From Perkinsela sp. CCAP 1560/9 (taxonomy: Eukaryota; Protista; Euglenozoa: Kinetoplastea): a stretch of 64,000 bases of DNA. The number at the start of each line of letters is the position of its first letter. Position 1 is the first letter of the stretch. The stretch is from NCBI GenBank assembly GCA_965644495.1, contig CBFFSA010000001.1:3596001-3660000 (forward strand), written 5' to 3'. This document shows, in pieces, positions 42,999 through 55,481 of this stretch. A model generated the notes under the pieces. The model worked only from the letters and a program-made list of their open reading frames with translations, was not told the DNA's origin and searched no databases. Made by a program: the position numbers and the translations under genes.

Positions 42999-43865
42999 AT
43001 GCTGCAAAATGCATTGTTCTCTGACCCACATGCCCCTGGACGAAACTCCGAAGCAATCTCAGATACCCCTCCTTGCCGACTGGGAAAAGTAGCTGGCATT
43101 ATTTTACCTCCACAGGTTGCTCTCGATCTTTTTCTGCAAAACATCACGTCACGCGATCCTTCTTGGTCCACGGAGAGAGATGTTTGTAAATGGGGACACG
43201 TATCCTGCGATGAGAATTCCACTCTTCGCAAGCTTATGTGGTCAAACCTTGGTCTTATGGGGACTCTTGCATGGCGCTTTCTTCCGCACAGCCTTGAATT
43301 CATACTTCTTGGAGGCTATGGCAGTAATAATGAGCTTTCAGGTTCCCTGCCTGCTGCGCACCTCCCAAGGAATTTGGTCACACTGTCGTTGTCGGAGAAT
43401 AAATTCTCGGGAGAGCTTTATCTGCTAGACATGCCTCAAACTCTCCTAGATTTGTCCGTTCGTTCGAATTGTTTCTATGGCGTGCTTTACCTTCCTGATT
43501 TACCACCTACGGTAAGAACATTTAGTGCCTCCTACAATAAATTCTCCGGTCCCCTTGTCCTTGATAAACTCCAAGAATGTATTGTAGAATTGTATCTCAC
43601 AGCGAATTTATTTGAAGGGAGTGTTCGATTAGACCAATTGCCATTTACAATGCGTCGACTTCACCTGTCCGACAATAATCTTTCTGGGTGCATTGAACTT
43701 CATTCACTACCGGTTACTCTTGTTGCGTTGTTTTTACACTGTAACAAGTTTAGCGGACCGCTTGATGTATCTCATGTACCCCAATCACTCCAATCGCTCT
43801 ATCTTTTCGGAAACCAGTTCACTTCAGTCTACCCCGAGGTACTTCCATCTTGTGTTAAAATATAG
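42999..43865 (+). CDS. Leucine-rich repeat protein, lineage-expanded family
   Basis: GKV...LPPQ...PSW...CKWGHVSC cap plus about 8 LRRs. Confidence 0.88.
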   Translation: MLQNALFSDPHAPGRNSEAISDTPPCRLGKVAGIILPPQVALDLFLQNITSRDPSWSTERDVCKWGHVSCDENSTLRKLMWSNLGLMGTLAWRFLPHSLEFILLGGYGSNNELSGSLPAAHLPRNLVTLSLSENKFSGELYLLDMPQTLLDLSVRSNCFYGVLYLPDLPPTVRTFSASYNKFSGPLVLDKLQECIVELYLTANLFEGSVRLDQLPFTMRRLHLSDNNLSGCIELHSLPVTLVALFLHCNKFSGPLDVSHVPQSLQSLYLFGNQFTSVYPEVLPSCVKI

Positions 43866-44221
43866 AACTGGGGATACCATGAACTCCGAAAACGATATCA
43901 CTGTATTGGTTGTATATTTAATGGTTGTCCTACACTATACACCTAATACACCTGCACCATACTGGGGGTATGTTATCGTGTATTAATGTCGATAGTGTAC
44001 CCTCCCCTGTTTAAGGCAGATAGGGTGCTCTGGTGATTCTTGTTTACGGCTCTAAGATCTTTTCAAGCTTTAAGATCTAAAGTCCCTGTTTTTGAAATCC
44101 TTTTCAACGTTCTTGTTCTTTTATTGTTGTACCTATAGCTAGTTATACTGGTGAGTACATAAACCCGGATGGGGGTTTACATTTCCCGTAATGTATTCAC
44201 TAACACTGGCACCGTGCTTGA

Positions 44222-45568
<1,347 letters not shown>

Positions 45569-46236
45569 GGTTACAGCGTATAGAGTAAGTGGGTAGCAAA
45601 AGGCGTTTTCAGAAACGCATTAATTGGGCTACTTGAATTGTCATGATTTTGCATTAATGTTGAACTCGTAATCTTCTTGGATTCGAAATTGCGCTGTTGT
45701 GGGCTATCTGCTTTTTTTATTTGCACATCGAAAGGTGTGCATCTCGTATTGTGAAATAATTCTCTTGCGACTAGAGAATAGAATATTTCTGTTGCTTTCT
45801 TCTGCTCTGGGAGTGCATTTTGTAGTTGCGCTTTTTTGCTATTTCGGGGCCTTTATGTCATGTAGGAAAAAAATATACATGTGTACTGCACGTATTATAG
45901 AACACTTTATACTTCGTGCAGGTCACTATTAGGGTCACTATTAGGTCACTATTAGGTGCACGAGAATGTTTCAAAATGCATTCAGTTGTCCTACACCACT
46001 ACTCAATCGCTTGTTTTCCATTGTTTTACCACCGCGTTTAACGAATCTACTATTCCTTATGTAGGTAATGCACGGTAAAAAATATTGATAGATGTACTAA
46101 AAACAATTAGAGGATTAGAGGTGGTCCTCCTTTTAAGGGTCCTTTCGAAATCTAAAGGCATTTTCTTTTTCATGCAAATTAAATTAAAGAAATGTATTTC
46201 TATGTACTGCCGTTGCCACATTGACCTTCCCTCTAC

Positions 46237-47451
46237 ATGCATTCCGGGTCTCTTGTCTTACATTTTCACGCAACCAGCATTGCACGTGGAGAGCAAACGA
46301 AGGTCTTTTCCCAGCCCTATTGTGCCGTGAGTGCCGCCACGGGGAGAAACTACTCGCTTGCCATTTCCCAAGCGCTTACCCGGCGTGGTTTTCTATCTCC
46401 TCTGTGGATCACGGAGTCTCAGCTTGTACTCGCTAATGTCGCTGTTAAACGTGCACATCGACATAGGGGCTACCGCGCCTACTTGCCAACTCCGGGCACT
46501 AATGAGTTCTCGCACGTGATGTTGTACAATGCAGAGCAGACGACCAACTCCTCTCGGGTGGAATCGTTGAAAGGAAGGTTGGTGCCTGTGTTTGCTCTGA
46601 CTGGTCAAGAAGTGGCAGACCGGGCGGTGTCTATTGCGTTGGCCGCCCAAGCCCAGGCTCACCCTAGCAACGCGTGGCTCACAGCGAGGCAAGTAGAGTT
46701 TCTTCAACTTCCTTTACTTGAGGGGGCGCTCCCGGCGAGGGTTTACATGGCCAAACTTCTGGACGAGGGGGCGCAGAGTTTTCCCTGTTCTTCTGATTCT
46801 AACGTAGAGAGCACAAAACCAAAGGAGGAGTGCTATTACAACATCAATCAGCTACGTAATCCTGAGGAAGTGGCTCAACTACGCAAGCTGGCTCCAATCT
46901 CCTCTAGTTCCGGAAAAAAATATAAAGAGGAAGTGGCACTTTCACTCATGCGTGCAACACGAGCCAAAGGATTTTCTTCTCCATTCTGGATTACCGCCGG
47001 AGCTGTCACCTCACTAGGGTTACGGCTTATCGATCCCGACGGCGGCACTACAGTACACTTTTTTCATAGGTCCATGTTACTTTTTAATGCGTGTCAAACA
47101 GACCAACCGCAGAGGGTGGCAGCAGAGGCATTTAAGGCGCAATTTACCCCCAGATCTGCGATCTCCGGTAGCTGTTACCCTGAGCAACCCGCAGATATAC
47201 TTTCCCGTGCCGCGCATCGCATGAAGCATAAAAGTCTCTACTGGCTGACCCAAAAACAGGCGGCATTTCTCGGAGTTGAAATCCTGCCAGGTCAAAGTCC
47301 CGTGTTCGTATCAATGGGCGGAGCAAAGATTCGAATGTTTAACGCGGACCAGACCAACAATCGATCTCGAATTGAAGAACGATTCAGGAAAAAAGGTACC
47401 CATGAAAAAGAACGTAGTAGCCTCGACACATCTTCCTCTTTCACACACTAA
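46237..47451 (+). CDS. Tc38/RBP38-family protein (dispersed fifth paralog)
   Basis: Same four modules. The last module (SLYWLTQKQAAFLGVEILPGQ...FNADQTNN) is closest to 39520-40644. Confidence 0.87.
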   Translation: MHSGSLVLHFHATSIARGEQTKVFSQPYCAVSAATGRNYSLAISQALTRRGFLSPLWITESQLVLANVAVKRAHRHRGYRAYLPTPGTNEFSHVMLYNAEQTTNSSRVESLKGRLVPVFALTGQEVADRAVSIALAAQAQAHPSNAWLTARQVEFLQLPLLEGALPARVYMAKLLDEGAQSFPCSSDSNVESTKPKEECYYNINQLRNPEEVAQLRKLAPISSSSGKKYKEEVALSLMRATRAKGFSSPFWITAGAVTSLGLRLIDPDGGTTVHFFHRSMLLFNACQTDQPQRVAAEAFKAQFTPRSAISGSCYPEQPADILSRAAHRMKHKSLYWLTQKQAAFLGVEILPGQSPVFVSMGGAKIRMFNADQTNNRSRIEERFRKKGTHEKERSSLDTSSSFTH

Positions 47452-47652
47452 TTCTGATGAAAGGGGACTTTTTTTCCCCGAAAACTTCTTTGACCTCCTC
47501 TCATTTTCTTTTCACTAGGGCTATTTTTCCATTGTATTTTCCTCTTTCACAAAAAAAATCGTTGTTATCATGACACACTCCCGTTTTATCTACACGCTAT
47601 TCCCTCCCTCTCTTTCTCTCTCCCTCCTCCTCTCTCTCCCCCTCCACCCCCC

Positions 47653-48777
47653 ATGCAGCCCACCACCCCCTTCGCCCCCTCCGTCCCCGGCTCCCCCACC
47701 TTCCTCCCCCCCGAGTACAACCTCTCCAGCCCCGACCTCACCCTCGCCCCCCCGCCCCACGCCCCCGCCCTGGAGCTCGAGGGCCCCGCCCAGCTGCTGT
47801 ACAAACTCGAGGAGGAGACCCGAGCCCACAGCGAGCGCGCCCTCGGCCTCCTCGAGGCGCTCCGCGCGACCGTCCAGGCCTACCGCGGGCTCAGCGAGCA
47901 GCTCAGCGCGGAGCGCGCGGAGGCGTACAAATGCCTCCGCCGGGTCGACCGGATTGTCTCGCGGTACGGCTCCGTGGAGGACCCGATCGTCGCCAGTGAT
48001 GGGTTTACCTATGAGCGAGGGGTGCTGGAGAGGTATTTGGAGGATTGCGAGCGCGCGTCCCAGACCCCGGTGAGTCAGCAAACGAAGGAGCCGTTGGAAC
48101 GGACGTTGTACCCGAATGCGAGTTTGAAAAAGTTGGTGGATTTGTTGAAAGGGTTGCAGCTGGCGTCGGTGTATAATGCGGGGAGTCCCACGACGGGGGC
48201 GGGGAGTCGTGGGCCGGAGTTTAATGGGAGTGATAGTTTGACGGAGCTGTCGTCCTCGCATGACCATAGTCCGGTAAGTGGGTTGGAGGGTCAACGAGTG
48301 GTGAGTACCCCGCACGGGGGAATATCGCAGATGGCTTCTACAATCTTATCTACACCAACTCCAAATAACGCAGCTGGACACCGGCGAAACCACGGAGTCA
48401 GTGGGGGCAGCACTCAAGGACCGCTCTTGGCGAATGTTACCCCAGGAAACAAACCTTGGGCTCGCCAACGGGGACAGAATCGTGACTCACATTTACAGAA
48501 AAGTCCCTCGGACTACGCTCTGCCGGGGAATTTGGTTATGGGACATTCGAGTACTGGAACTAGCAGGCAAGGGGTTATGGATCACCCCGAAGGCGGCACC
48601 CCCCCTCACACTCACCCTTGTCTACGAATTTACGGCCGGTGTAATTACGGGGAGCGTTGTGTGTATGCCCCTTATCCATATGAGGTGTGTTTAAGCAACT
48701 TAAAGGGGAAGTGTCGCCTCGGTGCACGATGTCCCGAACCTCATCAAGAGATGAAAGTTGGAACCCCAAGTGACTGA
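47653..48777 (+). CDS. U-box plus CCCH zinc finger protein (ZC3H39/40-like architecture)
   Basis: U-box DPIVASDGFTYER...PVSQQTKEPL...LYPNASLK. C-terminal CLSNLKGKCRLGARCPEPH with a degenerate preceding finger. Confidence 0.8.
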   Translation: MQPTTPFAPSVPGSPTFLPPEYNLSSPDLTLAPPPHAPALELEGPAQLLYKLEEETRAHSERALGLLEALRATVQAYRGLSEQLSAERAEAYKCLRRVDRIVSRYGSVEDPIVASDGFTYERGVLERYLEDCERASQTPVSQQTKEPLERTLYPNASLKKLVDLLKGLQLASVYNAGSPTTGAGSRGPEFNGSDSLTELSSSHDHSPVSGLEGQRVVSTPHGGISQMASTILSTPTPNNAAGHRRNHGVSGGSTQGPLLANVTPGNKPWARQRGQNRDSHLQKSPSDYALPGNLVMGHSSTGTSRQGVMDHPEGGTPPHTHPCLRIYGRCNYGERCVYAPYPYEVCLSNLKGKCRLGARCPEPHQEMKVGTPSD

Positions 48778-49201
48778 ACGTGGTCACCGGTTGCTTTTAA
48801 TACTTTCAAATTACCCACCAGTTAGTGGTGTAAGATTTGGATCTTTGAAGAAACAGGGCAATATGTGATTTGGTAGGGAGGCTGGAGAAGGCATAGAGGC
48901 GTTAGAGATAGTGTACTGACACAGTACCTAATGAATGAAACTGTTCCTTAGATTGTACATTGCAGTTAAATTAAGCATAGGCATATTTCGTTGTCTTATA
49001 GTATACATCATGTATGATAGAGGAAGTCGAAGAAGTACATACACTGGATTTCGCTCTATCTCAATTCTGTAATTGCAAACAATTGGTAATCTTAAATTCG
49101 GTAGGTCATTTTCTGTCCTTAATTTTTATAGCAATACTATCTTAAGACATCGTAACCTATTTTCTCTTAGAGTTTCATCCTTCGGGGTACATTTTAAAAC
49201 T

Positions 49202-50941
49202 ATGAACTCTCGATTATCGTCTTCATTAGACGCCATTGAAAAGGTATTCGCCCCTTCTCATCTAAAGTCATTACGAAACCAGCGACGCCAAAATAAATCC
49301 ACGAACCATATCGAATCCGGATTCCCTAAACTCACCAATCTATCAATTGCTTGGAGCTTGAATGCAAATTGCCAGAAACATAGAACACCTTGCATACACT
49401 CCGTCACGAGTGACTTTTTTCGACATAAACAAGTCTCAAAAAGATATTACAGCACTCACACCCCTAACACATCCATTGAGGAGGTAGTTCCCCTCTCTTC
49501 ATCTCTCTCTCCCCTTACGACCCCCCGCACCCCTCCCGATACCCCTTCCACCCCTTCCCATCATGATCCTCCCCCTCCCACCCCACACACACCCCAAAAT
49601 TCCCCTGAACCCCCTCTCCCTCCGAACCCCACGAACCCCCACCATACAACCCCCACCACCCCCCTCCCCACCCCCCTTCCCTCCACCCCCTCCCTCTGGC
49701 CATCCACCTCTACCGCCGACCCCACCCACGGCCCCCTCCACTACGTCCACGCCGAACTCGATCTCCTCCGTTCCTACCATCTCCCTGCCCTCGCCTCTCT
49801 CCCCTCCCCCTCCCCCTCCCCCCTCTCCTCCCCCACCCCCCTCCCCTCCCCCCTCCACACCGCCGCCACCCACCTCCTCACCACCCCCGGCAAACTCCTC
49901 CGTCCCGGTCTCATCTGCCTCATGGCCTACGCCCTCCTCCCCCTCCCCCTCTCCACCGCCCTCCACACCCAGGTCCGTACCCACCCCACGCTCTACCGCC
50001 AACTCCCCACCCCCACGCAGCTCACCCGGACTCCCCACCAGACCCCCCCCTCACCTTCCCCCCCCTCCTCATCTCCTCAGGCCACAGCGCACCTGCCCTC
50101 TGTAGCCTCTGTATCTTTATCGACTCCTACTACTCCTACGACTACCACTACTCCTCCTCCCATGACCTCCCTTCACCCCATCCTACGCCTCGCTGCCGTC
50201 ACCGAGCTCATCCACACCGCTTCCTTAATCCACGATGACATTCTCGATGGCGCCACGACCCGTCGCGGGCGTCCCTGCTTACATCAGACGGAGCGTGGGG
50301 GGACCGCGACCGCCGTGCTCGCGGGGGACTACCTGTTAGCGAAGGCCTCCGGGGCCCTGGCGGCGCTGCGGGAGCCCGAGGCGGTGGTGTGTATGAGTCG
50401 CGCGCTGGAGGACCTCACCAAGGGGGAGGTGATGCAACGGGAGGGGGTGGGGGGGGTGCGGGGGTACCTGGAGAAGAGTTACTGTAAGACGGCCTCGTTG
50501 CTGGAGAACGCGCTCAGTGCGGTGGGGGTGGTGTGTGTGGGGGAGGGTGCGCCGGAGAGGAGGTATGCGGCGGATTTTGGGCGACACCTTGGGGTGGCGT
50601 TTCAGATTGTGGATGATTGTTTGGATTTTACGGGGGATGCGAGGAAGCTGGGGAAGGAGGTGCATGCGGATTTGCAGTCGGGGATCGCGACGCTTCCGGT
50701 GCTGTTGGCGGCGGAGAAGGATGAGGGGGTGCAGGCGCGTGTGCGACGGAAGTTTGAGGTCCCAGGCGATGTGGATTACACACTTGACGTCGTGCAGAAG
50801 TTACAGACTGTTCCACAGGCTCAGCAGTTGGCGTGGCAGGAGTATGAAAAGGCAATGGTCGCGTTGCATCAGTTACATTCTTCTCCGGCTCGGGAGGTGC
50901 TGGCGAATGCCGCTTCGTATGTTCTCTCACGTTCTGAGTAG
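49202..50941 (+). CDS. Long-chain trans-polyprenyl (solanesyl/decaprenyl) diphosphate synthase
   Basis: GKLLRP, ELIHTASLIHDDILD...RRG, AGDYL, KTA and FQIVDDCLD motifs, with P/T/S-rich insertions. Confidence 0.92.
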   Translation: MNSRLSSSLDAIEKVFAPSHLKSLRNQRRQNKSTNHIESGFPKLTNLSIAWSLNANCQKHRTPCIHSVTSDFFRHKQVSKRYYSTHTPNTSIEEVVPLSSSLSPLTTPRTPPDTPSTPSHHDPPPPTPHTPQNSPEPPLPPNPTNPHHTTPTTPLPTPLPSTPSLWPSTSTADPTHGPLHYVHAELDLLRSYHLPALASLPSPSPSPLSSPTPLPSPLHTAATHLLTTPGKLLRPGLICLMAYALLPLPLSTALHTQVRTHPTLYRQLPTPTQLTRTPHQTPPSPSPPSSSPQATAHLPSVASVSLSTPTTPTTTTTPPPMTSLHPILRLAAVTELIHTASLIHDDILDGATTRRGRPCLHQTERGGTATAVLAGDYLLAKASGALAALREPEAVVCMSRALEDLTKGEVMQREGVGGVRGYLEKSYCKTASLLENALSAVGVVCVGEGAPERRYAADFGRHLGVAFQIVDDCLDFTGDARKLGKEVHADLQSGIATLPVLLAAEKDEGVQARVRRKFEVPGDVDYTLDVVQKLQTVPQAQQLAWQEYEKAMVALHQLHSSPAREVLANAASYVLSRSE

Positions 50942-51194
50942 TGGATAAGGAATGTCCGGGGTCACCCCATCGAAGGGTTTGACGTGCATCCGCTGCAATA
51001 GCATCTTTTATCTATACAAGAGTAACAAGAGTGGTTCGTTAAGTGGCTCGTTAAATTAAGAGACAGATATCAATACCTTTGCATTGATAGGTTTGTATTG
51101 GTTTAACTGGAGATTCTTTCACGTTTAGAATAAAGAAGGTGGTGTTTAAAAGACTCACTTCTCCATATTTTATGAACCTCCTCATACGCTTTAC

Positions 51195-53855
51195 ATGTCA
51201 GTCTCTCGACTTTGGTGGATGGCTCAACAGCATGAGCAAGCTGGAAAATGGATTGCCGCTCTTCAGCTTATCACCGATAATGGTTTATTTCTTCGCAAAC
51301 TGGCGGACATTCCCTCATTAACCCCTGTTCTACGCATTATTATTCGCTGTTGCTACCGCCAAACTATTGAGAAAAACAATCTACGCGCGTTTCAAGCCAT
51401 TGAAAGCTTGACGCGCAGTTCCTACGTAGGCGAATATTTTACCCCCTTAGTTTTGGCAGAGGGGTTGGCCTTAGCATACGACGCAGGAAGACAGATAAAC
51501 CCTTACAACTTGAATTCGTTAGCGCTGAATGACGACAACTGTACAACAGAGAATTCCGGTGGATTATCCGACTTAACCCCTCATCCGGATATGTCCTTTT
51601 CGCCAAACTCATATTATTCTATAAAATATGACGAAGGTCCTCGAATGAGGCAAAAGGATTTCTCTCCCAGAGAGCAAGTTTCTTCATTGATGTCAAGGGG
51701 TATGTATTGCACGTCATTTAGCTCTGGTGCATACTCCATCTTTGAACTTATTTCCCCAGTCGAATATATTGCGGAATGGGTTCGACGAAAAATTATTCGG
51801 CATGCTCGGCAGGGTAAAGCTGAAAATGTTTCTAAAATAGGACAAAGAAACAACTCCACTGACCATTTAACCAATAGTGGTACAACATTTTACCCAGAGA
51901 TCTTCCAAAAGACGGGCATGTGTGCATCGAATAACGATGTGCATCGCGAAACTTCAAGGAAAATAGAGCTTGACGCAGAGGAGTTGGACAGAGTGGATAT
52001 TTTTGAGCCTGAAACGTTCTCTTTTCCTTCAACTGTAACACAGGAGTTATCTTCTTACTCTTTATCTCGGGAACGTACTGACTTTCCAAGTGTGCATTTC
52101 TGTCCTTTAATTCATGAACGTTGCTCGAAGGGGTTCTGGTATGAGTCTCTGCAAGCACTGCAGGACAGCTGTCGTCCAATTGATGGGCATCGTCAGGAAA
52201 TCGGGGCTGATGTTCTCTCTTCTGCTTTTAGGGATTCGTTTCCATCTTTTTCTCCCGAAGCCGTTGCATCCCATTTCTCTGCATATCGAATATATCAGCA
52301 AGTTCCAACTCTTCATGAGATTCGCCGAGCGTTTCAGCACACCGTACAGAGTTGGAAGGCTTCGCTACGTGTTTTGGAGGAAAGCCGTGTTCTCTTGAAT
52401 CGTTGCACTTCTGAATCTATTGATTCCGTTTTCCCCTCAAATGATATCCAAACAAAATACATCTCTAGCTATGCTCCAAAAAAACTATTTTACCCCGTGA
52501 TTCAGGAGTATGCATTACATTCGATGCGTACCTGCTGGTATGCCTCCTTGAGCTTCTGGAATCAAATTCATGCAAGACTTCCCTCACGTTTTCGTCGTAG
52601 GGCTGAGAGCCGAATGCTCAATATCATGCGACGACATGGACGTTGGCGAGAAGTCTTGCGTTTATGTGGCATAGATTTCTCCTCAAAGCAGCGGATAAAA
52701 AAGCGAAACGACAACTCTGTTGCTACTTCCTTTTCTCAGAACTTTGTTACGACAAACGAAACAGTTGACCCGCTCAGTCCAGTCGAGCTAATGGAGAGCT
52801 TGCGCCGGTGCCCGCGCCTGCTTGCTCCATTGCGACAGGCAATGTGGTGTAGAGGTCTCGCCGCTTCCCACTTTACACGCCAAGTTATCTCCTCACAATC
52901 CGCACTACGTCCCGTCGTACTTCCATGGAAACAGCATAGCAGCAAACCGTCCCTCCAGGACACCTTACACCCGTGCGCTGATTTGCAACACGCACGAGAG
53001 ATGCTACGACGAATTACCTCTCAAGTACTTTGCACGGAAATCGCCTCCGCCATGTCCTATCACACCCAAATGGCTCGTCCTCGGACTGGGCCAGAGTTAG
53101 TGGCCCACACACTCTACACGCATGCGTTCCGTGGTCAATGGGAGAAAGCTCTCGCCCTGCACCTCTGTGTGCCTAGCCCGAATAAGCACGAAACGAGCGC
53201 CGCACTACTGGCCTGTCCCCCAGGCATTTTAATACAACTGCTACAACGGGGAGTCCAACAGGAACAGCTCATGCTTCCGTATCGCATGCGTATGCCTTAC
53301 TACGGTTTGTTGTGTCACAGGTTACTCTCGGACACATCGCAGGCATCGTTTTGGTCAACGGCTCTAGCATTGGCAGCGGAGGCCCGAAGTCATAGTACCG
53401 TTGCTGTATCAATCAAGAAGGGGACACAAAACTTGGTTTTTCATGGGGGCATCAGCGGAGAAAAGGATGGCGCTCATTCCTACACCGATGAAATTATACC
53501 CCCTCACACTTTTTTAGATTTTTGGGCAAGTGCACGTGAGCGGCGATCTACGGGCTACGCAATGCCTATTCGTTTCATTTTACAAAACCTTGGAATGAGG
53601 TTGGGATCTCATTGTGGGACCATGAATTCATTTTCTTTGTGTAGTGTCGAAAATGCTGAAGATGAATTGCCTGATACTTCCTATCAGCATCAAAAAGCAA
53701 GCTTGGTAAAACTTGTAGTAAAGCTTTTGTTGCTCTGTCGGAGCTCTGAGGAGCTTGACTTGGTACATCAACACACTCCATATTTTATCTCACACGAAGT
53801 TTCCAAAGAGTTCAAAAAGTCTTCTGCGCTCATCAATGCATACACACCGTTGTAG
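51195..53855 (+). CDS. Large hypothetical protein, possibly with degenerate helical repeats
   Basis: 886-aa + strand ORF with recurrent G.W..AL segments. Confidence 0.7.
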   Translation: MSVSRLWWMAQQHEQAGKWIAALQLITDNGLFLRKLADIPSLTPVLRIIIRCCYRQTIEKNNLRAFQAIESLTRSSYVGEYFTPLVLAEGLALAYDAGRQINPYNLNSLALNDDNCTTENSGGLSDLTPHPDMSFSPNSYYSIKYDEGPRMRQKDFSPREQVSSLMSRGMYCTSFSSGAYSIFELISPVEYIAEWVRRKIIRHARQGKAENVSKIGQRNNSTDHLTNSGTTFYPEIFQKTGMCASNNDVHRETSRKIELDAEELDRVDIFEPETFSFPSTVTQELSSYSLSRERTDFPSVHFCPLIHERCSKGFWYESLQALQDSCRPIDGHRQEIGADVLSSAFRDSFPSFSPEAVASHFSAYRIYQQVPTLHEIRRAFQHTVQSWKASLRVLEESRVLLNRCTSESIDSVFPSNDIQTKYISSYAPKKLFYPVIQEYALHSMRTCWYASLSFWNQIHARLPSRFRRRAESRMLNIMRRHGRWREVLRLCGIDFSSKQRIKKRNDNSVATSFSQNFVTTNETVDPLSPVELMESLRRCPRLLAPLRQAMWCRGLAASHFTRQVISSQSALRPVVLPWKQHSSKPSLQDTLHPCADLQHAREMLRRITSQVLCTEIASAMSYHTQMARPRTGPELVAHTLYTHAFRGQWEKALALHLCVPSPNKHETSAALLACPPGILIQLLQRGVQQEQLMLPYRMRMPYYGLLCHRLLSDTSQASFWSTALALAAEARSHSTVAVSIKKGTQNLVFHGGISGEKDGAHSYTDEIIPPHTFLDFWASARERRSTGYAMPIRFILQNLGMRLGSHCGTMNSFSLCSVENAEDELPDTSYQHQKASLVKLVVKLLLLCRSSEELDLVHQHTPYFISHEVSKEFKKSSALINAYTPL

Positions 53856-53909
53856 AAAATCGAAAACTATAAAGGTTTCGTATACCTAGCAGTCCGCGGG
53901 GTACACTCA

Positions 53910-54600
53910 ACACAATTATTTGTGTAACAAAAAGCAGGAAAACAAAAATTTGTGAATTTTTTATTGTGCAACATTTTTAAAAATGGAAATTTTATTTTAA
54001 CTTTCTTGACCAAATTCTAAAATCGAAACTGTTTTTTAGCCTAAACGAGGGTCCGGTTTAGACTACCTGTGATCTTGTACCATACCGGAGGTGGTGTGGT
54101 ATTGTGACCCAGGACCAATAGCATACCCCCCTGGTTTTTAGCATTTCCCCCTGATTCTCTTTAGCAGTTGTGCTTAAGATATATGGTTGTGCCCTAGAAG
54201 TGTTGTGGAATATATGAGTTCTTTCCTATATATGGTTCTCAGGGTTGTGCCCTATGGTTGTGCCTAAATCCTTTTTTGATTGTGTTTAACTTTCTTTTCA
54301 AACGCAATATTTTATTAGTACTTATCACACGTCCGAATATACACACACATTACATTACTATTCATACCGAATTACCTTCATACCATTACTATTCCAAATC
54401 TGTCTTTGAATGGTCTAGCTTACCAGTGACCGTCCGGAGCAATCCGGAATGATTCGGGTTGGATTGGATTTATCCATACCGCCCACATTTCCTTCAACAA
54501 AAAAATTTCTCTACAAATATTTGTGCAACAAAAATTTGTGAATTTTCTATTGTGCAACAATTTCAAAAGTTGCACAATCAAAAATTGACAAATTTTGCGA
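53910..54600. repeat. Degenerate repeat-rich non-coding segment, probably an element remnant
   Basis: ACAAAAATTTGTGAATTTT.TATTGTGCAACA at about 53942 and about 54528, plus GGTTGTGCC repeats at 54185-54265. Confidence 0.45.
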
Positions 54601-55481
54601 ACGCTGTAATCAATACCCAAGAGTTCTTTTGTTGACCTCCTACAGAAAAATTTTGCTTTTCGAAGCTGACCACTTTAATTCTGACTGCGTCTGAAATATT
54701 CGGTAGGCAGAACAGCACTGCTAGATCTTGAAATTCTAAATGCAGAGAAAGTAGAACTAATAAGTAGAACATAGAATTAATCAAACTAGCACTAAACTCT
54801 ATTTGTGCGAGCTAATAACTTGTACTGTGGCAACCTTTTTGCTCTTCATTCGTCTTCGTCTTTGTGTTACCTCCTTGCATCTCCTTTACGGAGATAAGTC
54901 ACTGTCAGCGGTGGATCACAATTACTTCTTGAATTCAACAAAAGTTCTTCACAAACTGTAGAAAAAACTCCGCATCGGTTCTTACGACCTTTACGAAGTC
55001 ACGCCGCTTCAGAGATGAAATATTCCTGAACTTCCATGCGTGATACTTCGCCGGTAACAACCGTAAAAGTAGTGGAAACGGTGTGGTGTGTGTACGTCAC
55101 GAAAGTAGTACGCTTAGTCTACTCCCGGTACCACGTATGCACATTCCAAATCCCCTTGAGCCCGCTTGGGCCTTGACGAGGTGAAGAGAAACCATGCATT
55201 ACACATATTTTTTTATATCATGATTTTTCAGAGACGCTCTATACGTCCACTGGGTCGTTCTGCGAACTTTTCTAAATCTCTTTCTAAGATGTTTCTACAC
55301 ATTTTTTAGGTATCAAACATGTTTTTAGACCAAAATACAAATTTGTAGATAAACAACAAAAACTTAAAACAAAATAGAAATTTGATAAAACCATGCTACT
55401 TGATTTGTCATGTCAGAAGGTCCTTTTTATCTTTACACCTCTGCTTTATTTTTAAATAATTAAAAAGATCTTTACTCTCCC

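Noticed and set aside
45920-45957. AGGTCACTATT x3 containing TTAGGG
   Set aside because: A short local tandem duplication, not a telomeric array.
54903-54920. AGCGGTGGATCAC resembling the 5.8S rRNA 5' region
   Set aside because: About 13 nt only, with no continuing rRNA similarity.
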